Below, one piece after another: positions 1 to 8,176 of a stretch of DNA of 20,982 nt. The position numbers were made by a program, and so were the translations under genes. This stretch comes from Niabella sp. (GTDB lineage: Bacteria; Bacteroidota; Bacteroidia; Chitinophagales; Chitinophagaceae). The DNA lies in NCBI GenBank assembly GCA_036384555.1, contig DASVMC010000247.1, positions 1-20,982 on the forward strand, in the 5' to 3' direction. Under the pieces are notes generated by a model, which was not told the DNA's origin, did not search any database, and was given only the letters and a program-made list of their open reading frames with translations. Every line of letters begins with the position of its first letter. Position 1 is the first letter of the stretch.

Positions 1-371
1 TTTTCAACCAGTTTTTCTTCTTTCCATGCTAGTGTTCCGGGTTGATCAATCTCATAAATATCCACCTGTGTGCTGATCTGTCTGTTTCTCTGGGCAAAAC
101 TATCTAGCCCTGCTCCAAGCAGGACGTACTGTTTTACACCCTTTGCAATTTGTTCTTTGACTACGTCTTCCACAAAGCGTGCGCGGGCAACAATAGCAGC
201 CCGGAGCCGTTTGGTGTACTTCATATCGGGGCGTTCCTGCCAATCTTTTCCGGGTTGGATCAAGCGCAGCCCTATTGCATCTTCAATGATATAAGGCTGC
301 TCATCTGCCTGAATATGTAACGCCCGCCATAATGCGGTTCGCAACGCGGTATTATCTGGCTGTACTGCATT
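1..371 (-). CDS. Class I SAM-dependent methyltransferase (Leu-carboxyl/O-methyltransferase-like, TIGR00027-type); N-terminal 123 codons, 3' end lies outside the window
   Basis: Hand translation of the minus strand from ATG at 371..369 gives MQYRPDNTALRTALWRALHIQADEQPYIIEDAIGLRL...KGVKQYVLLGAGLDSFAQRNRQISTQVDIYEIDQPGTLAWKEEKLVE. The frame stays open to the window edge, so it is absent from the ORF track (no stop in window). VLLGAGLDS (SAM motif I) and E-x-DQP are typical of this family. The nearby ATG at 378 is out of frame and hits a stop after 8 codons. Confidence 0.75.
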
Positions 372-435
372 TTTCATTTTATTTCTTTTTTGAATTTATT
401 GATACAGCAAAATTAATTTTCAGCTAACACAATGG

Positions 436-453
436 TCTTGCCAAATGGCAAGA
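436..453. repeat. Inverted repeat TCTTGCCA-AA-TGGCAAGA (8-bp arms) between the Crp-family stop and the methyltransferase start; candidate hairpin terminator or operator
   Basis: Read directly: 436-443 TCTTGCCA, 446-453 TGGCAAGA, perfect complementarity. It lies 5 nt downstream of the TAG stop (460..458) of the minus-strand regulator. No clear U-tract follows on the minus strand. Confidence 0.4.
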
Positions 454-457
454 ACTA

Positions 458-1036
458 CTAAGCTGTTACAATTTCTTTCCGTATTCTGCTTAATGATGTA
501 TCGGTAATGCCCAAATAGGATGCAACGTGCTTTAACGGCGCCTGCTGTATGATCTGCGGTCTTTCGTTTAACAGGTTTAAATACCTGTCAGTAGCTTTCA
601 TTGTCAGCCTATTAATAGAGCGTCTTTTCATCGTAAACAGGTGGTGGGTAGCCCAGGCCCTTCCCCATTCCCGCAAACCTTCTGTTGTCTCCAGTAATTG
701 CTGAAAGGCCTGGTAATTGATCTTCCAGACAGTTGCACAGGTTAGCGCCTGGAAATTTTCCATTGCCGGGCTCCTGTGAAATAAAGAAAACGATTCTATC
801 AGTAATTCTTCCGGGCAATAAAATTCCGTAGTTATTTCATTGCCGTCATGGTCATAAACAAAAGACCTGAACAGCCCCTTTTCAATAATGTAATATTCAC
901 CGGCAATTTTACCGGCTTCTAAAAGCAGCATTCCCTGCCCCATGTCCATTTTACTATGTGCACTGGCAATTTTTTCATAATCTGTTTTACTGATGTACGG
1001 ACTACTATAGATCGTTTGAAAAAAAGCTCCTTCCAT
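458..1036 (-). CDS. Crp/Fnr-family transcriptional regulator (cNMP-binding domain plus C-terminal HTH)
   Basis: ORF 458..1075. An effector-domain-like stretch (LLLEAGKIAGEYYIIEKGLFRSFVYDHDGNEIT) is followed by a C-terminal HTH (LKHVASYLGITDTSLSRIRKEI). Start trimmed to ATG at 1036 (MEGAFFQTIY...), which removes the overlap with the upstream gene's stop at 1072. The TTG at 1075 and ATG at 1072 remain possible starts. Confidence 0.8.
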   Translation of the reverse strand: MEGAFFQTIYSSPYISKTDYEKIASAHSKMDMGQGMLLLEAGKIAGEYYIIEKGLFRSFVYDHDGNEITTEFYCPEELLIESFSLFHRSPAMENFQALTCATVWKINYQAFQQLLETTEGLREWGRAWATHHLFTMKRRSINRLTMKATDRYLNLLNERPQIIQQAPLKHVASYLGITDTSLSRIRKEIVTA

Positions 1037-1071
1037 ATTTGTTTTTATTAACAGGACCTGCCCCGAGTACA

Positions 1072-2709
1072 TCAACGTTGTTCATATACCCTTTCACCCC
1101 CCAAATAAGTCATCAGCACTTTGGCTTTCAGCAATTCAGTTTCCGGGGCTTTCAGAATATCTTTATCAAGGATGATAAAATCGGCGAATTTTCCCGGTTC
1201 CAGGCTGCCTTTCTCATTTTCTTCAAAGGCTGCCTTTGCCGCCCAAATGGTCATTCCGCGCAATGCCTGTTCTCTTGTCAGCGCATTTTCCATCTGGAAG
1301 CCACCCGCGGGGAAACCGCTGCTATCTTTTCTTGCCACAGCTGCATAAAATGTTTTAAAAGGCGAAATGGATTCTACGGGGAAATCGGTTCCCAGCGGTA
1401 TCCAGTTATTTTGTTTTAGCAGCTGCTGATATGCATAGGCCCCCTTCAGCCGGTCCCTGCCCAGGCGATCACCAGCCCAATACATGTCTGACGTAGCATG
1501 TGTAGGTTGTACAGAGGGTACAATATTATAATCGCCAAAAAAATGAAAATCATTTTCATTCAACACCTGTGCGTGCTCGATCCGCCAGCGCAGGTCATTT
1601 TTCCCACCAAGGTATTTAGCATAAATTTTTAGTAAGGTCCGGTTACCGCTGTCTCCAATAGCGTGGGTACACATCTGCCACTTGTTTTTTACGATCAGTG
1701 CAGCCATCGAATCAAAATGTTCCGGGTTACTTAACAGGAAGCCTTTCCAGCCCGGCTTATCCGTATAATCCTGCAGCAGACAGGCGCCCCTGGAACCTAA
1801 AGCGCCGTCGGCAAACAACTTAAAGCCCCGCACATTTAAATGATCCGTTTTAATTACTCCGCGTTTTAGCAGGAAATCATAATTTTTTTTGGCATCGCTC
1901 AGCATAATGTACAGACGCATTTTTAATGCACCACTTTTCTGCAAAGCTTCTATTTTCTCTATCACGTCATAGTTCAGGCCGCAATCATGGATACCCGTAA
2001 GCCCCACCTCAAAGCAGTTTTGTTGTGCCTGCAATAACAAGCTTTTCATTGCTGCCGCTGACGGACCGGGGATCTTCGCAGCAACTTTGTCCATCGCATT
2101 ATCAATCAATATACCCGTCAGTTTCCCGTTCTTTGTCTGATACGTGCCGCCGGTAATGGTGTCCCCGGCTTTTACACCCGCCAGTTCCAGGGCTTTATTG
2201 TTGGCGATAGCCGCATGTCCGTCAACACGTGTCAGGTAAACGGGTTGATCGGGGTAGCGTTCATTTAATACATCATTTGTAGGAAATTCCTTTACCGGCC
2301 AGTCATTCTGGTCCCAACCCCGTCCGATCAGCCAGGCAGCGCTATCGCGGGACATTTTAAAATCGCTGAACCGGTGCAGGACATCCTCCCAGCTGGTCGT
2401 GTTTGTCAGGTCCAGCTCGCCCAACCCTTCTGCATACATCAGTAAATGTGCATGCGCATCAATAAAACCGGGATAGATAAACTTTCCCCCGGCATCCAGG
2501 CTGTCTTTAAACTGGTATTCCTTTTCCAGGTCCTTTTTTGTACCGGTTGCAATGATCTTCCCATCCTTAACAACCATTGCCTCCGCATTGCTGAAAGCAG
2601 TATCCACCGTGTAGATAGTGGCATTATAAATAAAGAGATCTGCCGGTTTCTTTGAGTTACAGGATGTCATCATACAACTTATTAGAAATATAAACAGCGA
2701 GGCACGCAT
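1072..2709 (-). CDS. Amidohydrolase family 3 (YtcJ-like metal-dependent hydrolase), probable lipoprotein
   Basis: ORF 1072..2760. HxH metal motif PGFIDAHAHLL, and C-terminal GTDFPVE typical of Amidohydro_3. Start set at ATG 2709 (MRASLFIFLISCMMTSCNS, lipobox-like LISC/TSC), because codons 1-17 of the long ORF are encoded by the terminator hairpin of the upstream gene. Confidence 0.8.
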   Translation of the reverse strand: MRASLFIFLISCMMTSCNSKKPADLFIYNATIYTVDTAFSNAEAMVVKDGKIIATGTKKDLEKEYQFKDSLDAGGKFIYPGFIDAHAHLLMYAEGLGELDLTNTTSWEDVLHRFSDFKMSRDSAAWLIGRGWDQNDWPVKEFPTNDVLNERYPDQPVYLTRVDGHAAIANNKALELAGVKAGDTITGGTYQTKNGKLTGILIDNAMDKVAAKIPGPSAAAMKSLLLQAQQNCFEVGLTGIHDCGLNYDVIEKIEALQKSGALKMRLYIMLSDAKKNYDFLLKRGVIKTDHLNVRGFKLFADGALGSRGACLLQDYTDKPGWKGFLLSNPEHFDSMAALIVKNKWQMCTHAIGDSGNRTLLKIYAKYLGGKNDLRWRIEHAQVLNENDFHFFGDYNIVPSVQPTHATSDMYWAGDRLGRDRLKGAYAYQQLLKQNNWIPLGTDFPVESISPFKTFYAAVARKDSSGFPAGGFQMENALTREQALRGMTIWAAKAAFEENEKGSLEPGKFADFIILDKDILKAPETELLKAKVLMTYLGGERVYEQR

Positions 2710-2730
2710 AAAATAGTTTATAGCGAATAT

Positions 2731-2757
2731 AAAAAAATAGTCCCGACAAAGCGGGAC
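2731..2757 (-). terminator. Rho-independent terminator downstream of the glutathione peroxidase gene
   Basis: Minus strand reads GTCCCG-ctttgt-CGGGAC (6-bp GC-rich stem, 2740-2757) followed by TATTTTTTT (2739..2731). It starts 38 nt after the TAA stop at 2797..2795. Confidence 0.6.
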
Positions 2758-2794
2758 CATTAATTGCCTGTTGCAGGAAAAATATATATAAAAC

Positions 2795-3313
2795 TTAGTT
2801 CAGGTATTTCAAAAGCTCTTCACTCATGGGTTCTACTTTAGAAGGAAATACTGTAACCAGGTTTCCATTCTCGTCAATTAAGAACTTTGTAAAATTCCAC
2901 TTGATCGGATCCTTTATGCCTTTTTTCGCTGCTTCGGCAATTAAATATTTATAGATGGGCGCGGTATCATTTCCCTTAACTGAGATTTTCTTTGCCATTG
3001 GAAAAGAAACGCCGTAATTTTTCTTACAGAACTCGGCTATCTGGTCATTTGAACCCGGCTCCTGCGACATAAAATTATTGGCCGGGAAGCCTATAATCAC
3101 CAGCTTATCCTTGTATTTTTCATATAATTGTTCCAACCCTTCATACTGATGCGTAAATCCGCATTTGCTGGCCGTATTCACTACCAATATTTTTTTCCCT
3201 TTAAAATCGCTGAAATTGATCGAGCCTCCTGTTAAACCATCAACTTTGAAATCGTAGATAGAACCAGCCGCTACTCCCATTGATACCATCAATGCTACTA
3301 ATAAGATTTTCAT
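2795..3313 (-). CDS. Glutathione peroxidase (Cys-type), with N-terminal signal peptide
   Basis: GPx signatures NTASKCGFT, IIGFPANNFMSQEPG and WNFTKFLI. The catalytic residue is a normal Cys codon with no in-frame TGA. N-terminus MKILLVALMVSMGVAAGS looks like a signal peptide. Confidence 0.88.
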   Translation of the reverse strand: MKILLVALMVSMGVAAGSIYDFKVDGLTGGSINFSDFKGKKILVVNTASKCGFTHQYEGLEQLYEKYKDKLVIIGFPANNFMSQEPGSNDQIAEFCKKNYGVSFPMAKKISVKGNDTAPIYKYLIAEAAKKGIKDPIKWNFTKFLIDENGNLVTVFPSKVEPMSEELLKYLN

Positions 3314-3378
3314 TTTTCGTATGTTTTATCTACTAAAGTTAAAAGGATTTTCCCGATTCTCCATTCACTGCACTTCTT

Positions 3379-4080
3379 TCAATCGTTGGCATAACATAAA
3401 GCCGCAATACTTAACCGCGTGCCGGCAATATTGAGCAAGACGCTACCACAGGCCTCAAAGGTTGCACCCGTTGTGACCACATCATCTACCAGAAGCAAAT
3501 GCTTATTGATAGCTTTCTGATTATCAGCAATAAAAAAGCTCCCATCCATATTCTTCCAGCGCTCTATACGGTTCTTTTTGGTCTGGGTTTCAGTAGGTTT
3601 AACCCGTATCACAATATCTTTCCATACCGGTTTACCCAATACCTGAGCAATACCTTCTGTAAGAAGGGCCGCCTGGTTATAGCCCCGTTTCTGTTCACGG
3701 GTATTATGAAGCGGCATCGGCACAAGGGCATCAATTGCTTCAAACCGGCCCGATGCTTTTAATGCGGTGCCTAACAGAACGCCCAACTGATGGCCCAATG
3801 CCTTATTTCCCCCATACTTCAGCTGATGCATTATCTGCTGCAAGGATGATTTTTTTGAAAAATAATACTGCGCTGCAGCAGCATCGAACCGGATGCGACC
3901 GGTAAATATTTTTTCAATGGGGTTATTGACATGGTTTTCAAAACCGGTTACGGGCAGTGCCTGCAGGCAATACAGGCAAATCTGGCTGTTCAGCGGTAAG
4001 GCATCACTTGCACAACCGGCACAAACATGGGGGTAAAAAAGATGAAGAAGGGCATTCTTTATAGTGCTGACGATTAACAT
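3379..4080 (-). CDS. comF: ComF family protein (phosphoribosyltransferase-fold, ComFC-like)
   Basis: N-terminal Cys pairs (HVCAGC ... CLYC) and a C-terminal PRT motif HLLLVDDVVTTGATFEA. The size of 233 aa is typical. Confidence 0.8.
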   Translation of the reverse strand: MLIVSTIKNALLHLFYPHVCAGCASDALPLNSQICLYCLQALPVTGFENHVNNPIEKIFTGRIRFDAAAAQYYFSKKSSLQQIMHQLKYGGNKALGHQLGVLLGTALKASGRFEAIDALVPMPLHNTREQKRGYNQAALLTEGIAQVLGKPVWKDIVIRVKPTETQTKKNRIERWKNMDGSFFIADNQKAINKHLLLVDDVVTTGATFEACGSVLLNIAGTRLSIAALCYAND

Positions 4081-4188
4081 GGTGTATTTCCTGTTCTAAG
4101 GTACACTAATTTTATGAATGCCTGCAGGCAAACATGGGTGTGTATAACACTTTACCGGCAACAGCTCTACCGCCGGCCGTCGTTTTTA

Positions 4189-5574
4189 TCAGAATAAATA
4201 CTGGTAGACTTCTTCTACACGGCTCATCCGGATCACTTCTATATGGAACCGGCTGGTGTTTTTAAGCGATTGATTGTATTTAGATACAATAATTTTTTCA
4301 AACCCCAGCTTCTCCGCTTCGGCAATGCGCTGATCAATCCTGTTCACCGCCCGGATCTCCCCGCTAAGGCCCACTTCGCCGGCAAAACAAACGGTTTGGG
4401 ATAAGGGAATATCTTCATAAGATGATAACAGCGAGCAAAGCACTGCCAGGTCAATAGAAGGATCCTCCACTTTAATGCCGCCTGCAATGTTCAGGAACAC
4501 ATCTTTCACGCCAAAATGAAAACCACCGCGTTTTTCTAAAACTGCCAGCAGCAGCTGCAGCCGCCTCAGGTCAAAACCTGAAACCGTCCGCTGGGGTGTT
4601 CCATATACTGATTGTGTTACAAGAGATTGTATTTCAATAAGTAATGGCCGAACTCCTTCAATCGTTGCGGCAATTGCAATACCACTCAGCTGCTCTTCCT
4701 TTTGGGTGATCAGTATTTCTGAAGGATTCATAACCCCCCTCATTCCTGCATCCGTCATTTCATAGATCCCCAGTTCCGAAGTGCTTCCAAAACGATTCTT
4801 CAGCGTGCGTAAAATGCGGTATGCATAATGCCGGTCGCCCTCAAACTGTAATACCACGTCTACCATATGCTCCAGGATCTTGGGGCCGGCAATACCGCCT
4901 TCTTTCGTGATGTGTCCAATCAAAAAAACTGGCGTACCGGTTTCCTTGGCATAACGAAGAAACTCAGCCGCGCACTCTTTAATTTGAGAGATGCTGCCCG
5001 GTGATGCATCGATCACCGGCGACTGCAGGGTCTGGATCGAATCTACAATGACAACCTGCGGTTTTAGTTTTTTTATTTCCTGAAAGATCGTTTGAGTTGC
5101 TGTTTCCGTTAAGAGGAAAAACTGATCGTTCACTTTTACCGTTTCATTCGACACCAACCGGTCGGCACGCATTTTTATCTGCTGTTCACTTTCCTCTCCG
5201 CTGATATATAGTACGCTTCTGTTTTTAAAATACAGTCCGCATTGCAGAAACAGGGTGCTCTTGCCAATACCGGGCTCACCGGCTATTAAGATAAGGCTGC
5301 CGTTCACAATACCACCTCCCAAAACCCTGTTCAGCTCTGCATCCTGGGTGATTATTCTTTTTTCCTCGCCGCCTTCTATTTCATGTAAGGCAATTACCTT
5401 GTTTGCTCTTTTTGCTGTTGCTGTATACTGATCCCAATTCGTCTTATCTGTTCCTTTATCAACGACTTCCTCTACAAATGTATTCCACTGACCGCATGAC
5501 GGACATTGTCCCAGCCATTTCACACTTTCATATCCACAATTCTGACAGAAAAAAGATTTTTTAACTTTAGCCAT
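4189..5574 (-). CDS. radA: DNA repair protein RadA (Sms)
   Basis: N-terminal zinc finger CQNCGYESVKWLGQCPSCGQW, Walker A GEPGIGKST, RadA-specific KNRFG (TLKNRFGSTSE), and a Lon-protease-like C-terminal domain. Start set at ATG 5574 (MAKVKKSFFC...), the usual RadA N-terminus. ATG 5589 is an alternative. Confidence 0.93.
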   Translation of the reverse strand: MAKVKKSFFCQNCGYESVKWLGQCPSCGQWNTFVEEVVDKGTDKTNWDQYTATAKRANKVIALHEIEGGEEKRIITQDAELNRVLGGGIVNGSLILIAGEPGIGKSTLFLQCGLYFKNRSVLYISGEESEQQIKMRADRLVSNETVKVNDQFFLLTETATQTIFQEIKKLKPQVVIVDSIQTLQSPVIDASPGSISQIKECAAEFLRYAKETGTPVFLIGHITKEGGIAGPKILEHMVDVVLQFEGDRHYAYRILRTLKNRFGSTSELGIYEMTDAGMRGVMNPSEILITQKEEQLSGIAIAATIEGVRPLLIEIQSLVTQSVYGTPQRTVSGFDLRRLQLLLAVLEKRGGFHFGVKDVFLNIAGGIKVEDPSIDLAVLCSLLSSYEDIPLSQTVCFAGEVGLSGEIRAVNRIDQRIAEAEKLGFEKIIVSKYNQSLKNTSRFHIEVIRMSRVEEVYQYLF

Positions 5575-5717
5575 GTATGCAATTTGCAATTTTTAATGAT
5601 TTATTACTGAATAAAACATTCAGTTTATGATGCATAAGTGCAAAATACCAATTGCAAAAACGCATTTCAAATATTAACGGTTGTCCTGAAAAAAGCAATA
5701 AGAAAACAAACCTGCTT

Positions 5718-5750
5718 AAAAGTAAAAAGGCCAGTCTTGCGACTGACCTT
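5718..5750 (-). terminator. Intrinsic terminator on the minus strand with no annotated upstream gene
   Basis: Minus strand reads AAGGTCAGTC-GCAA-GACTGGCCTT, a 10-bp stem with one mismatch and a GNRA-type tetraloop (5727-5750). It is followed immediately by TTTTTACTTTT. The plus-strand orientation has no T-tract. It sits in the AT-rich spacer between divergent radA and the zinc peptidase gene. Confidence 0.5.
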
Positions 5751-6022
5751 AATACTTACTAACCCATTAAATTCTGATACTAAGGTACAAATCCGGAGCA
5801 GAAATAAAAAATCAAATTCGGTAAACCTTTGGTTAAGAAATAATAAACTGATGAAATAGCAGTTTGTAAAAAATACATAATTAGTTGATAATCATAAAAA
5901 TAATGAAAAAACACTTCCTAAAATATCCTTAAAAAAACTTATCTACATGACAAAAAGTCGGATCGATTGTTAAATAGAGGATTGGAAACAGATTTGTATC
6001 ACTGTACTAAAAGACAACAAGC

Positions 6023-6709
6023 ATGACACCAGGAATTATGATGGTTTCGATACTGTTTATGGGTATCAGCATGATCGTATCGATGATTTTAAAGGGTAAA
6101 TTTAAGCGGTATAGCAAGGTTCCCCTCTCCTCCGGCCTAAGCGGCAAGGAAGTGGCTGAAAAAATGTTGCGGGAAAAAGGCATTTATGACGTAGCGGTAA
6201 CTTCCGTGCCTGGATTTTTAAGCGACCACTATGATCCGGCTAAAAAAACCGTCAACCTGAGCCCGGAAGTGTACGAAGGAAGAACGGTAGCTGCGGCGGC
6301 TGTTGCTGCCCACGAATGCGGGCATGCCGTACAGCACGCTGCCCGGTATGCACCTTTGCAGCTGCGCAGCAAGCTGGTTCCGGCAGTCCAGTTCAGCGCA
6401 TCAATCGTAAACTGGGTATTGCTTGCAGGCCTGATTATGGCAGCATCCGGAAGCTATACATTGCTCCTGGCAGGCATTATTCTGATGGCCATTACGGTGT
6501 TTTTTTCGCTGGTAACACTACCGGTGGAGTTTGATGCCAGCAAAAGGGCCCTGGCCTGGCTGAACCATACCAATATTACGGACAGCCGCGAATACCCGAT
6601 GGCAAAAGACGCATTGAAATGGGCTGCTACCACTTACGTAGTTGCCGCCCTGGCTGCGGTTGTGCTGTTATTACAATATATATCCATATTTACCGGACGC
6701 AGGGATTAA
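6023..6709 (+). CDS. Membrane zinc metallopeptidase (YugP / Zn_peptidase_2 family)
   Basis: HExxH motif in AAHECGHAVQH. There is an N-terminal TM segment and two or three C-terminal hydrophobic segments. The 228-aa length is typical of the family. Confidence 0.8.
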   Translation: MTPGIMMVSILFMGISMIVSMILKGKFKRYSKVPLSSGLSGKEVAEKMLREKGIYDVAVTSVPGFLSDHYDPAKKTVNLSPEVYEGRTVAAAAVAAHECGHAVQHAARYAPLQLRSKLVPAVQFSASIVNWVLLAGLIMAASGSYTLLLAGIILMAITVFFSLVTLPVEFDASKRALAWLNHTNITDSREYPMAKDALKWAATTYVVAALAAVVLLLQYISIFTGRRD

Positions 6710-6741
6710 TACGATTTCCCCCTGATACAAGGCAATGCTGA

Positions 6742-8169
6742 TCATAACTTTTTCAGTATTGCCTTTGTTTTTTCAAACAACCGCACATGGTCGCCTTCCA
6801 TCCCCCCGGCAGAGTAAATATTCATTTCAATTTCTGTAAGCATATGAAAGACCTCGTCCTGCAGGGATGCGGGAACATTTCTTTGCGTCATGGTTTCCTT
6901 CAAAGTGGATTTATAAAAAAGCTTTGCGGGTACCTGATAGCGCTGTTCAAAGAAATGGATCATTCCCTGTCTTAAGGTGGTATAAAAAAAACTGCCCGGT
7001 TTTGCTATTGCATCTTCCGCCGGTTTTAATAAATCCTCCACACTAAGATCAGGATTATAGATCAATGTATCTTCCTGAACAGGTTGTTGTTGTACCTGTA
7101 TTTTTGGTACAACCCGCTGCTGTTTTTTTTGCCGGAACATTTTTATCAATAGCAGGGCCAGCAGCAGCAATGCAACAATACCAATGCCAAGCAATAAGGC
7201 CCCGTAATGATCATTACGCTCTGCCGGGGTGTTTACGGCGCCAGCCGGGGCGTTTACCATCCCTTCCCGAACATAAAAGGTAACAGGAGGGTTACTGACC
7301 GTATTATACCTGTTCTGACCGGCATCGAAATAAGAAAACTGTACCGGCATAATGGTATAAGACCCCTTCCTGGATGCAGAAAAAGGGATATTAAAGATCT
7401 TTATCCCAGGTGCGCTTTTATCATTACGGTCGTATTGTTCCTGTACGGTTACTGTTCCTGCGGTTACGCCCGAGGGCCATTGCACAACGGGTTGTGCTAC
7501 CTGCTTAAAATCGCCCGTACCGGAAATGGTTATTTCCAGTAAACCTTCTTCCCCCGGAGTAAGGTTTACTTTTGAAAGCCGTACGTTCATTTTAAAATCG
7601 CCTACAGCGCCGTTATAAACCGTAGGTTTTGCATTAGCCGGTGCCGGCTGTACATTGATGGTAATAGGAACAGACGCTATGGAAACACGGTATTCCCCAT
7701 TCTTCAGGAAGCCATTGTCGTCAATGCCGTCCAGCAGCGAGCTGCGGTTCCCGGCAGCATCCACCAGCCTGATCCGGTTACTCAATATCATGGGATCCAG
7801 CACCAGTTTGCCGGCCTCCAGGGGTGTTAGCTGAACTTTACGCAGCGTATGTACATCAAAGCTTTTCCCGTCAATGTTCTGGCGGTTTACAATATCATCG
7901 CCTGAAGCAATCAGATCCCGTAATTCAAAGCCGGCAAAATCCGGGTCTTTGATCACCTCCGAAACAGACTCCAGCGAGGAATATAGCTTATAGGTAACAA
8001 CAATGGGCTCCCCTACGTAGCAATTGGTTTTATTAACATATACATTCAGGTAAAGGTTATTCTTTATACGGGCATCCAGTGTTCCGCTCTGTGCAAAGGC
8101 AGCAGAGGCAGCTATTAATGTCAGCGCCCATAATCCCAGCTGTTTTATACCGTTCTGAAAAATATACAT
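6742..8169 (-). CDS. batD: BatD-like (oxygen-tolerance family) exported protein with C-terminal TM anchor and cytoplasmic tail
   Basis: ORF 6742..8304. Start trimmed to ATG 8169 (MYIFQNGIKQLGLWALTLIAASAAFAQ, signal peptide), which also removes the overlap with the upstream SDR. A long beta-rich ectodomain is followed by TM LLLGIGIVALLLLALLLI, a basic stretch and a tail of about 130 aa. The family call comes from overall architecture and remembered similarity, not from a search. Confidence 0.6.
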   Translation of the reverse strand: MYIFQNGIKQLGLWALTLIAASAAFAQSGTLDARIKNNLYLNVYVNKTNCYVGEPIVVTYKLYSSLESVSEVIKDPDFAGFELRDLIASGDDIVNRQNIDGKSFDVHTLRKVQLTPLEAGKLVLDPMILSNRIRLVDAAGNRSSLLDGIDDNGFLKNGEYRVSIASVPITINVQPAPANAKPTVYNGAVGDFKMNVRLSKVNLTPGEEGLLEITISGTGDFKQVAQPVVQWPSGVTAGTVTVQEQYDRNDKSAPGIKIFNIPFSASRKGSYTIMPVQFSYFDAGQNRYNTVSNPPVTFYVREGMVNAPAGAVNTPAERNDHYGALLLGIGIVALLLLALLLIKMFRQKKQQRVVPKIQVQQQPVQEDTLIYNPDLSVEDLLKPAEDAIAKPGSFFYTTLRQGMIHFFEQRYQVPAKLFYKSTLKETMTQRNVPASLQDEVFHMLTEIEMNIYSAGGMEGDHVRLFEKTKAILKKL

Positions 8170-8176
8170 CCTCTTT

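Noticed and set aside
1039-1419. 126-aa and 75-aa plus-strand ORFs antisense to the amidohydrolase 3' end; similar shadow ORFs at 2446-2655, 7065-7542, 8079-8515, 14166-14544, 15223-15534 and 20050-20453
   Set aside because: All lie inside well-supported minus-strand genes, have low-complexity or odd composition, and contain no motifs. They are treated as non-coding shadows.
2710-2760. Longer N-terminal extensions offered by the ORF track: amidohydrolase 2760, Crp 1075, RadA 5589, BatD 8304, GDPD-GH16 15587
   Set aside because: In each case an internal ATG gives a canonical N-terminus (signal peptide or lipobox, or the RadA MAKxKK start). The extension either overlaps the neighbouring gene or is encoded by a terminator-like hairpin (2740-2757, 15555-15576).
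2795-3313. Possible selenocysteine recoding in the glutathione peroxidase
   Set aside because: The active-site position is an ordinary Cys codon in an uninterrupted ORF (NTASKCGFT). There is no in-frame TGA, so there is no recoding.
3958-4131. Two copies of the palindromic 13-mer TGCCTGCAGGCAA (3958-3970 inside comF, 4119-4131 upstream of comF); considered as a possible uptake-sequence or operator pair
   Set aside because: A handful of 13-mer coincidences is roughly expected by chance in 21 kb on two strands. One copy simply encodes LQAL within ComF, and only one further partial CCTGCAGG (near 6856) was seen. That is not enough to call a repeat family without genome-wide counts.
5638-5859. 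73-aa plus-strand ORF in the radA/peptidase spacer
   Set aside because: It is Lys/Asn/Leu-rich, which reflects the AT-rich DNA. It runs through the minus-strand terminator hairpin, has no start context or motif, and is unlikely to be coding.
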